Part shown: positions 18,011 to 26,127 of the stretch, piece by piece
How the letters are laid out: every line of letters starts with the position of its first letter
Position numbering within the stretch: the stretch's first letter is position 1
Assembly: GCA_964648855.1 (NCBI GenBank)
Contig: CAZYLT010000003.1
Span: 210,001-242,000 of the forward strand
Direction of reading: 5' to 3'
Origin: an uncultured archaeon
GTDB lineage: Archaea > Asgardarchaeota > Thorarchaeia > Thorarchaeales > Thorarchaeaceae
Length of the DNA stretch: 32,000 nucleotides
Program-made: the position numbers and the translations under genes
The notes under the pieces: generated by a model
What the model saw: the letters and a program-made list of their open reading frames with translations, nothing else
Database searches by the model: none
Told to the model about the DNA's origin: nothing

Positions 18011-19072
18011 CTATGGTTTCATCTGAGCAAGTATTTCGCGCAATCTAGGCTCTGCAAGAATAGCGTGTTGCAACTTGCAGAGCATTTTTGTTATTTCTGC
18101 ATAAATTACCTGCCTATAGGCATCAGTAACTGATTCTGCGCTATCGAGTGACTCCTCACAGCGCTGATGGATTCTTTTAATCAAGCGTTTCTCAAGTTCT
18201 GGTCCACCCCAACCGAAACCATCTAGGGCTGAATGTGCCTCAGATACTTTGTCTTTGACATTTGGCTCCTTGTTGCTGAGGATGCCCTCAAGCCCATGAA
18301 AGTACCTTGCAACAGCTCGTTCTATTCGTTCCATTTCTGTCGCATTCAATATGTTCTCTTGCGACCTTTGCTTGGACAAATCCTGTAGTAGTCGTGCTCC
18401 TGGTGCCTCTGTTAATAGCCCCCGAACGATTCTTGCGATTATTTTACTCGGAGTTTCTAAGGCATCACCAATGTATGGTGATTCAGACCGATATTTGTGG
18501 AGCTGCCTCATTACCTCTAGCCAAAATGTTGGCAATAAGACATGACATCTTTTCGAATACTGCCTTATCAATCGCTCAGTTTGCCCAATTAGACCAAACT
18601 CATCATCTTCCACTTCTACTCTTCGATAAGGCTCAGGGGGCGCCGCTTGTTCTGATTCAATGAGTGAAACTTGTTGTCCTTCTCCATCATCCTGCACCAT
18701 CTTCACTGCTAGTTTTGACGAATCATCGAGAAGCGACAGTATTTCCTGTGCGGGAGTTTCTGCAGCTTCCATCTGCTTTGCCTTCTCTGAGAGCCGAGGG
18801 AGCAGATTCTCGATTTGAGACAGCCTTTTGACAATTAGAGCCATAATATTGGATGTTGAGGAAGGAACACCCTGCATTTTAGTAGCTTCTTCCATCCATG
18901 ACCTCGTCTTGATGAGACCCTGTGTGAGAGAATCAACTCTATCGGGGTCAAAGTGTCCTTCTACTTGCGAACTTATGAGGAAATGCACTAATGTAGAGTT
19001 TAGCGTGACAATCAGCAACAGCCTATCAATTAAATCCTCTAGCTGATATGTCTCGCCCACGTGTCTACACAC
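18011..19072 (-). CDS. Hypothetical all-alpha protein, third gene of the tubulin-like operon
   Basis: 353-aa ORF that overlaps or abuts the tubulin-like stop (alternative GTG start at 19060). Two helical regions are joined by a Pro/Glu-rich linker. Confidence 0.85.
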   Translation of the reverse strand: MCRHVGETYQLEDLIDRLLLIVTLNSTLVHFLISSQVEGHFDPDRVDSLTQGLIKTRSWMEEATKMQGVPSSTSNIMALIVKRLSQIENLLPRLSEKAKQMEAAETPAQEILSLLDDSSKLAVKMVQDDGEGQQVSLIESEQAAPPEPYRRVEVEDDEFGLIGQTERLIRQYSKRCHVLLPTFWLEVMRQLHKYRSESPYIGDALETPSKIIARIVRGLLTEAPGARLLQDLSKQRSQENILNATEMERIERAVARYFHGLEGILSNKEPNVKDKVSEAHSALDGFGWGGPELEKRLIKRIHQRCEESLDSAESVTDAYRQVIYAEITKMLCKLQHAILAEPRLREILAQMKP

Positions 19073-20465
19073 CCTGCTCGAGATTATCTCCAGAACCTGG
19101 CGTCATGTAGTAACTGAAAAGTTCTCGGAAGTCAGCTATCGCATTCACCAGTTCCTTTCTTGTTGTTCCCTTCGATCTCTGGAACCAACTCTGTTTCAGA
19201 GGTGATGCGCCACTATGGAGATTCACTAACTGGGTGGCTTCATTGATTATCTGTACCAGCTCAGGAATCTTGGGCAAGCCAAGAAGCAAGAGCAGATTTG
19301 TCTTAGGATTCTCATCATGGTACTGGACGTAACATGGTGTTATTGCCGCTCCTGGAGCAATGAACTTATCCAGAGCTTCTTTCAGGTGCATTCCGTATTC
19401 TGCTTTGCTAATATGTCTGGAACCACTCAGAACATAGTAGACGCTCTCAGCATTTGGTTCATCACCAACATCCGCGTAAGAGGTTTCCTTCACAGCATAG
19501 TCTATCATAGCCTTCAACTGGTTTCGCATACTTCCCGCATCAGGGATGAGACCTATGTCTGTATACAGGGCAGGAACTACCACAGGATCGAGTTTCCTAG
19601 AATAATCCGCAAGATCTGTGGTGGGAAAGACATCTTTGTTTGGCTCATAGACTCCCGGTGAGAGCATTGCTTCAATCACATCAACTGCAAGGGGGTTAAC
19701 GAGTTCAACAAAGGCTTGTTCAGTTCTTTCTTCTATGGCACTCGATTCATCAAGGGTTGAGGGAACCATTGTTTCGATAGAATCAATGTTTGCGATATCT
19801 ACATCGAGCTCTCGTTGAAGATAGTCCACGCTGTCCGTTCTTCTCGACTGAAGTATCCTCTTCAGCATAGTGCGGTTGCTCAGTAGAATAGTTAGGTCTG
19901 CACCACGTTCCTGAAGCTGAGCCCGAAGCAGCTTACTAACGGCCCAGATTGAGTTGAGCGCCTCACTTGATTGTCCCTCGAATGGAAGTACTCCAATTAC
20001 GTAAACAAAAATTCGTCGCCCTTCCTCTTCCTGAAATCTCTGCTTCAAGGCCTCAATAAGTGCTGGGGTTCCTCCGCAACCTGTACCTCCACCAAGACTT
20101 GTGAATATCGAAAATCCTGAAACTCCTTCAAAACCCAAATTTCCCAATTGGTCGAAAATGATGTCTTTGGACTCCTGGACTGCATTGTAGCCCTCCATGA
20201 ACCTTCCACCAACACCTATTTCGCTGGCACCATAGAGCAGTGTATGCTCTTTTGGTACGCCATATTTGGAGCGAACTTTGGTCAGGTCCGCCCTGTCAGT
20301 GTTCATCAAGAGATAGCCTCTCACTCTAGAAGGTAACTTTTTATCCCGACTGGTCTTCAGATATGAACCGACAATATTGGACCCGCATTCTCCAATCCCT
20401 ATGGCAAAGACCTCTGCGGCTTTCGTGGCTTCCTCATCAAGCCTAATTGCGCTGTTTGATACCAT
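19065..20465 (-). CDS. Divergent tubulin/FtsZ-superfamily GTPase with tubulin-like C-terminal helices
   Basis: T1 GIGECGSNI, T2 MNTD, T3 GVGG, T4 SLGGGTGCG, T5 VLPF, T6 LLSN, T7 TTDLADYSRKLDP, and C-terminal WFQRSKGTTRKELVNAIADFRELFSYY. AGGAG RBS. Confidence 0.93.
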   Translation of the reverse strand: MVSNSAIRLDEEATKAAEVFAIGIGECGSNIVGSYLKTSRDKKLPSRVRGYLLMNTDRADLTKVRSKYGVPKEHTLLYGASEIGVGGRFMEGYNAVQESKDIIFDQLGNLGFEGVSGFSIFTSLGGGTGCGGTPALIEALKQRFQEEEGRRIFVYVIGVLPFEGQSSEALNSIWAVSKLLRAQLQERGADLTILLSNRTMLKRILQSRRTDSVDYLQRELDVDIANIDSIETMVPSTLDESSAIEERTEQAFVELVNPLAVDVIEAMLSPGVYEPNKDVFPTTDLADYSRKLDPVVVPALYTDIGLIPDAGSMRNQLKAMIDYAVKETSYADVGDEPNAESVYYVLSGSRHISKAEYGMHLKEALDKFIAPGAAITPCYVQYHDENPKTNLLLLLGLPKIPELVQIINEATQLVNLHSGASPLKQSWFQRSKGTTRKELVNAIADFRELFSYYMTPGSGDNLEQGV

Positions 20466-20483
20466 CAGCTAATTCTCCTTTTC

Positions 20484-23171
20484 CTATCCTCTTTTATCCA
20501 TCATAGTCTGAACAATCTCTTCCAGTGCCCAAGTCAAATATGTGCTTATGTCCTCTCGACTATAGGTTTCTTTGATTTTTCTCTTTGCATCTTCCATGAA
20601 CTTCGCTCTCTCGTCAGCACTTGCTGCTGCGCTGAAGCCGCTCATAAACATTCGAAGCGTCTTATGCCAGCCATCCATCTTTTCTGCTTTATCGATCCAG
20701 TTTTCCTTCATTTTCTCTAAATCATTGTAGTACTCAAGAGCTTTGTCTAGTCGCTCTTCTTCGGATAGACTTTCTTCGATTGACAGCATCTTTGTCATGG
20801 GAAAGATGTGCTTGCTAAACTCCTTAGGATGTTTTTCATATACTCGCACAATTGTTGAGTAGTACTTGCTCTTCTGTTCAATCCTCTTCTCATATTCTTC
20901 TTTGTCTTTCTTTGCGATGTCCTTGATGACACCCAACATTTCATCTTGGATGTTGGCTAGGGTCAAGCAGACTTCGAGAGCTTCTGTTACATATTTTGAT
21001 TCCTGTTCTAATGTTTCTGGGACTTTCTCCAATAACGCTTTAAGACGCTTCACAAAATCCGGCATTCCTTGTTCTTCAAAGATTGATACTGCATCTTTGA
21101 TTTGTCTATGAGCTTCATTTGCTCTTTCAATAATCTTCGCCTGAATAGCCTCCGATGTGGTTAAGGCTGATAATTTGTCGAAGGCATCAGCGGCATCCTC
21201 CAACTCACTCGGAGTATTTTCTTGTAGATTGTAGAGAATTGCTAATTCCTCTTCCAAATCAACGCCAACCAATGAGGCGCGCTCAAAGGATTTGGTTAGT
21301 TTATCAATCTCTTCATTCAGTTTCTCGATTACCTTACCAGTTATCTTCTTTTCATATATCTCAACCATTTTTCGAGCTTTTGCAGGGAGGCTGAATACTG
21401 TGTCTGCCACCACGCCAATGTTATTGAGTTCGCTAATAGCCTCTTGGACCTCTGGAGGCATCTCAACTCCTGCTCCCATAAGTTTAGCAGCAGCGAGCCT
21501 GATTTTTACTCCTAGTCTATATCTGAGGTTTTCAAGGGCATCTTTGGCATCTGCAAGGATTGAGTCCTTTATGGTCCGCATTTCACTGCGGATTGCTGAA
21601 AATTCGTCTAGCTTCTCAATGCCGACTTTTCCTTCATCTAATTCGACTATTAAAGGCATGAAGATTTCAGCGTAAGCGGGTTTAATGGTCTGCAGGTCTT
21701 GAATAATCGCATCGATTTCCTGTTCGCATGCCTCTCTGAATGTAGCAACGCCACTTTCAACTGTATTTCTGAGGTTCACGAGTGATTGATGTAGATAGAT
21801 AACGCCTCCTTCGAGGTCCTCGACCTTCGGAGCCTTTTTGGAAAGCTGTGCATAATCTAATACTCTGTCAGCAGAGGTAGCGAGTTCATTGAACCTCGTC
21901 ATATACTCCCTAATTTCTTCGATTAGATTTTTCCTGTAGATTTCCTGCCGTTTTGAAGCATTGACATATATAGATATCATGTCATCGATTTCAGCATTCT
22001 GAAGCTCTGCTTTTGAATCCGCAACAAATTGCCTGACTGATACTATGTCATCTATTCCAGTGTCCTCTGGAAAATCAGTGGCCTTTTCAACTTCATCAAG
22101 CGTTTCCTCAACCTTATTTTTGAGTGCAATCCTGACTTGTGATTCCCACTCAACCATTTTCTGATATGATGACAACAATGAGGGGACATCTTGGTCTTCC
22201 GCAGACACTGCTGGAGGTTGAGGTATCAAGTCAGAGCTTGTGGGGATTCCTCCCTCCACAATACTGGAAGTCACTTCGTGTTTACTATTGATTATTCTAT
22301 CCTGCAAAATGTTAGCCATTTGAAGCCGCAAAGAGTGTAATTGGCTCTCCAAACTCATTAAAGAGGTCAGATTCTCCGCCTGAGAAGCGTCCCGAGCTAA
22401 TACTCTAATCTTCTGAGAGAAATCCATTGGAAGATCGAGTCCAAGTTTGGTTGCTGTATCAACCGATGCTTGAAGTGAATCGATATCGCTCATTAGAGAT
22501 GCGCTCAACATCCTACTGACTTCGTCTTTTCTTCCATCTAGATACACTCTTTCGTTGTGAAGCTTCTCCATGAGAACCATCAAATCGGCAATAGCAAGAC
22601 CGACGAGATTTTCAGTTGAGATTGTTGTAGAAACCTCTCCCCTATCGATAGTGACATGTCTCTCATAAGTTTCAACTATGCGCTTGTTTTCATCCAATAG
22701 GTCCTTGGCTTCACTTGCTAACTCTTTATGCAACGTCTTGTACAAATCGGAGATATTTTTCGTGAAGTCATATAGACTCTTGAAATCCTTTAGGTCTCCT
22801 GCTCCAATGGATGGCATACTCATAGCCAATAGCTTTTTCGTTTCAGCTGGTTTGTATGATTGTAGCCGCTCTCTCGTCGATAAGGTTCTGCGATGCTCCT
22901 TTCTCAGTAATTCGCCAAAGTCTCTAACGATTCGCATGAATTCCTCGTCTAGATTCTTTTCAGCATCTTCGACTTGTGAACTCACTTTTCGTCGTTTGAT
23001 AAATCCTGCATCCTTGAGTTCTTTTTCCAGTCTAGAGAGCTCTGCAAATATATCATACAGTCCTCTTACCTGTCTGCTGGTCTGTTCCTCAAGAGCAGGA
23101 TTTAGAATGACCAGCATGCTTTTCATTTCAGAGAGGCGGTCAAGCTCTCTTCTCCATTTGTTGCTATCCAA
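20484..23171 (-). CDS. Large helical-repeat / coiled-coil rod protein (895 aa), first gene of the tubulin-like operon
   Basis: Long E/K/L-rich amphipathic helices throughout, with no Walker motifs and no TM segment. TTG start with AGGAGG RBS; 18-nt gap to the tubulin-like gene. Confidence 0.88.
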   Translation of the reverse strand: MDSNKWRRELDRLSEMKSMLVILNPALEEQTSRQVRGLYDIFAELSRLEKELKDAGFIKRRKVSSQVEDAEKNLDEEFMRIVRDFGELLRKEHRRTLSTRERLQSYKPAETKKLLAMSMPSIGAGDLKDFKSLYDFTKNISDLYKTLHKELASEAKDLLDENKRIVETYERHVTIDRGEVSTTISTENLVGLAIADLMVLMEKLHNERVYLDGRKDEVSRMLSASLMSDIDSLQASVDTATKLGLDLPMDFSQKIRVLARDASQAENLTSLMSLESQLHSLRLQMANILQDRIINSKHEVTSSIVEGGIPTSSDLIPQPPAVSAEDQDVPSLLSSYQKMVEWESQVRIALKNKVEETLDEVEKATDFPEDTGIDDIVSVRQFVADSKAELQNAEIDDMISIYVNASKRQEIYRKNLIEEIREYMTRFNELATSADRVLDYAQLSKKAPKVEDLEGGVIYLHQSLVNLRNTVESGVATFREACEQEIDAIIQDLQTIKPAYAEIFMPLIVELDEGKVGIEKLDEFSAIRSEMRTIKDSILADAKDALENLRYRLGVKIRLAAAKLMGAGVEMPPEVQEAISELNNIGVVADTVFSLPAKARKMVEIYEKKITGKVIEKLNEEIDKLTKSFERASLVGVDLEEELAILYNLQENTPSELEDAADAFDKLSALTTSEAIQAKIIERANEAHRQIKDAVSIFEEQGMPDFVKRLKALLEKVPETLEQESKYVTEALEVCLTLANIQDEMLGVIKDIAKKDKEEYEKRIEQKSKYYSTIVRVYEKHPKEFSKHIFPMTKMLSIEESLSEEERLDKALEYYNDLEKMKENWIDKAEKMDGWHKTLRMFMSGFSAAASADERAKFMEDAKRKIKETYSREDISTYLTWALEEIVQTMMDKRG

Positions 23172-23177
23172 GGACGT

Positions 23178-23184
23178 TCCTCCT
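23178..23184 (-). promoter_or_regulatory. Shine-Dalgarno (AAGGAGG) for the 895-aa gene
   Basis: Minus strand reads TAAGGAGGAACGTCC-TTG. Confidence 0.7.
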
Positions 23185-23240
23185 TATTTTTGGACAAACA
23201 ACTCTTGTTTGTCTTCATTGGTTTTAAGTCTGTTCTGCCT

Positions 23241-23249
23241 CTATATAAT
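23241..23249 (-). promoter_or_regulatory. Putative TATA box of the tubulin-like operon
   Basis: Minus strand TTATATAG ~70 nt upstream of the start, preceded by a purine-rich BRE-like stretch. Confidence 0.45.
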
Positions 23250-23399
23250 CCCTTGCTGTTTCGATGAAGTTAAGTGGCGAAAACATGCCGCATCAAAAGG
23301 GAAGGTGAATTTTGCCTATCACAGTAACTTTAAACAGGCTTTTCCATTTCTCCTATAGAGAAAAAGGTCCCTTACAATTCAAAATATGGTGGAAATAAC

Positions 23400-25310
23400 A
23401 TGTCAGGTGCTCAACCAACAAATGGTGAAGAGCTACAGCTGACTTTCGAGCAAGTAGCTTCACTGGATGTGGATGTTACATACTTGAATCAAGATGAAGA
23501 ATACTTGTACGGTGCATGCTCTGATTTGAAAATTCGTGCCTGGACAAAGAAAAACTGGGAAGAAGAAGTAGTATTAGGAGAGACGAACTCAAAGCCATTG
23601 GCTGTCCATGTTGATGATGAGCAGGTCTATGCCACTTGTGAGAACCGAGTATATGTTTGGAAAAAGATTGGGTGGGGAATGACCGGCTGGTTCGAACTCG
23701 CTTATGATGCCGTTACTTCCGCATTAAGAGGCGATTATCTATATGTTGGAGCGAAAGAGGGTCGCTTAGTTTCGATTAGGAAGGATAGTCATGAAACATC
23801 TAGTTGGCAGCTCTACAAATCAGATATATCCAGTCTCTGGGCTGACAAGAATCTCGTTTGCATCTCCACTGCCAAGGACGATGCACGTGTATACGAAATG
23901 AAAGAAGGTGACGCACCAGTCCAACTCGCAACTTTAGAACTAAAGGATAAGGGCCCAGTCTTAACCGGCAATGATGAATTTGTCTTTTCAGCGGTCAAGA
24001 CTGGTTCCATCAAGATATGGGCCCGCGTTGATTGGAGCGAGGTTGACACGCTGGAAGGAAAGAATGATAATGCAATAATCTCGATGTGGGCCAACAGCCT
24101 CTTCTTAGTGACTGCATCTGACTCTTCATTCATTTCTATTTGGGACCTTCAGAGCATGTCACGACTAGGACGAATTAAGGTAGAAGATGCTCGGGTTCGG
24201 AGAGTACTTGTTGACAAAGATCTACTGATTATCGCTACTGACCAAGGCATTAGTGTGATTCGACTTATGATCGGTGAAACTTCCTTTGATTTGTCTTCTA
24301 TTGAAAACAGCAGACTGGGGGCCAACATTCTCAAGACATCTCCTTATGATGTCCTCGAAGATGCAATCGAGCTACAGAAGCAAGCAGACGTACATATTGA
24401 GGAGAAAGAGTATCATGAAGCGGTTACGGACTATGAAAATGCGTTGCAGTTGCTAATCGACAACACTCATTCTCTGCTTGAGGTGCCAGATGAACGGGAG
24501 CGGATGACTAACGACCTAAACGAACGATTGGGCAAGGCATTACTCAAGGCAAAGATTGTGGAGTTAGAAGGCCTAAATGAAGAAGTTTCAGATGTTTTAA
24601 GGGAATTAGACGAAAATGGACGTCTAGAGCGAGATAATGAAGAGATACAGAAATTATGGAACAAAGTAGGAAGGGCTGTCAAAGAGGGTAGGGTTCTATC
24701 AGATGCACAGGAGGGACATATTCTAAGCTATCAGCTGACATATACTGCAGACGAACTAGAATCTGCTATGAAGTCCGCAAAATCAAAACTGGAGGCTTAT
24801 CGAGAGAAAGTGGGAGAAATTCGCTCGCTAATCGAAGGAATCGATAATGAGTGGAGATGGATAGAACGACGCAGAACCAAATTATCAGATAGATTGGAAT
24901 TCCTGAACAAGCAGATAGGAATAGTTGAGACCGAAAGAGAAAAGATAGAGGATGAGGAGGAAATCGAGTCTCTTCTGACAACAGCAATTATGAAGTATGA
25001 AGAAATCAAGGATCAGATTTCGAGAATCATTGAATCATCTCAAGCCAGTCAAGTAGATGTCTTGAGCAGTGAAGAGGAGGCAAGAGATGCCATAGCTGGA
25101 ATACTCGGTCTTGTTCCAAAGAAGAAAAAATCCATTGAAGAAATGACAGATGATGATGGGCGGCAAAAAGCAGTTTTACGATTGAAAGATGCGATTCGAG
25201 AAGCCAAATCAATTGCAGAGGAATTCGAAATGAAAGATGAGCTGGAACATATCAATGAAATTGATGAACAAATCGATTTGCTTTCGAAAGAACAGAAACC
25301 TGAAGACTAG
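23400..25310 (+). CDS. WD40 beta-propeller + MIT/TPR-like three-helix domain + coiled-coil protein
   Basis: About 290 aa of ~40-aa WD repeats (SDLKIRAW, RVYVWK, GSIKIWA, TASDSSFISIWDL), then DVLEDAIELQKQAD...EYHEAVTDYENALQLL, then a long E/K-rich helical tail. Confidence 0.85.
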   Translation: MSGAQPTNGEELQLTFEQVASLDVDVTYLNQDEEYLYGACSDLKIRAWTKKNWEEEVVLGETNSKPLAVHVDDEQVYATCENRVYVWKKIGWGMTGWFELAYDAVTSALRGDYLYVGAKEGRLVSIRKDSHETSSWQLYKSDISSLWADKNLVCISTAKDDARVYEMKEGDAPVQLATLELKDKGPVLTGNDEFVFSAVKTGSIKIWARVDWSEVDTLEGKNDNAIISMWANSLFLVTASDSSFISIWDLQSMSRLGRIKVEDARVRRVLVDKDLLIIATDQGISVIRLMIGETSFDLSSIENSRLGANILKTSPYDVLEDAIELQKQADVHIEEKEYHEAVTDYENALQLLIDNTHSLLEVPDERERMTNDLNERLGKALLKAKIVELEGLNEEVSDVLRELDENGRLERDNEEIQKLWNKVGRAVKEGRVLSDAQEGHILSYQLTYTADELESAMKSAKSKLEAYREKVGEIRSLIEGIDNEWRWIERRRTKLSDRLEFLNKQIGIVETEREKIEDEEEIESLLTTAIMKYEEIKDQISRIIESSQASQVDVLSSEEEARDAIAGILGLVPKKKKSIEEMTDDDGRQKAVLRLKDAIREAKSIAEEFEMKDELEHINEIDEQIDLLSKEQKPED

Positions 25311-25355
25311 TGATGAATCTATCTAGAAAAGTCCAAACTTTAAGCACCTCTTCGC

Positions 25356-25985
25356 TTATCCTGCGGAAGCAATCAAGCTCTCTAGTGATAGGTTACTAAT
25401 TGTTTCACTCTTTGCAAAATCAATCCATTCATCTGCATATTGTTCCAAGCTTGGATTCAAGGAAAAGGCGTACTCTGCAGCAACTATAGCTGCTTGATTT
25501 TCTCCCACAACGAACTTGCACGCCGCATAATTGTACCAGATGATTCCAGAATTGGGATTCAGGTGTAAGGCTTTCTCCAATGCAGAAGCTGCACGGGTCC
25601 AATCCTCTCCTCTCATATATGCCATTGCCAACAGATGCCATCCGCTCGCATTTCTCGGATGCAATTTAAGGCTATTTTCGAGAGCTGCTATACCCTCATC
25701 TAGTTCGCTCAGCAACAAATGGAGAAATCCCTTATCTGCCCATACCTGGCTCTGATTTGGCTCAATGCATAGCATTCGGTCTAGAGCCATGATGGCTTGC
25801 TTTGGCTTTTTCAATTCAATATTGCAGGCAATGACTTGTTCCCATAAACCCGTATTGCAGGGATCACGGTCAATAGCTCTCTCAAGAGTTGCTATGGCTT
25901 CATCGTATTCTGAATTCTTCATTAGCAATGAGGCATGATTGAGAATAGAGCTGACGTCATCATTTGCTTTACTTCCGCAATCCAT
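25356..25985 (-). CDS. Tetratricopeptide repeat protein (~5 TPRs)
   Basis: 34-aa repeats ending AIDRDP, LCIEP, LKLHP, LHLNP and FSLNP with W..A/G...A..A spacing. Start moved to ATG 25985. Confidence 0.9.
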   Translation of the reverse strand: MDCGSKANDDVSSILNHASLLMKNSEYDEAIATLERAIDRDPCNTGLWEQVIACNIELKKPKQAIMALDRMLCIEPNQSQVWADKGFLHLLLSELDEGIAALENSLKLHPRNASGWHLLAMAYMRGEDWTRAASALEKALHLNPNSGIIWYNYAACKFVVGENQAAIVAAEYAFSLNPSLEQYADEWIDFAKSETISNLSLESLIASAG

Positions 25986-26127
25986 TGAGAATTTCCCTTC
26001 CGATCTGAATTCTATTCGAATCAAGACCTTAAGAACCGCCCCAAAATCTGAGCACAAAAGTCTTGCCTTGGTTGCAATACTGAACGGCTTGAGGTGGAAG
26101 CACCATTAGTTTCTCCCTTCTCCGATT

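Noticed and set aside
19065-20465. Calling the GTPase ftsZ, cetZ or a true alpha/beta-tubulin
   Set aside because: The motifs are mixed: there is no GGGGxN T1, GAGxxP T3 or NxDFAD, and no MREI or DLEP. Subfamily assignment needs a phylogeny.
20484-23171. SMC/Rad50 or dynamin-like call for the 895-aa protein
   Set aside because: No Walker A/B, ABC signature, zinc hook or GTPase motif is visible.
22678-23358. 226-aa plus-strand ORF
   Set aside because: It is antisense to the 895-aa gene, with the Ser/Phe/Leu-rich composition typical of a shadow of an E/K-rich gene.
23400-25310. Katanin or Vps4 orthologue
   Set aside because: There is no AAA ATPase domain in this protein or anywhere in the window; only the domain analogy is kept.
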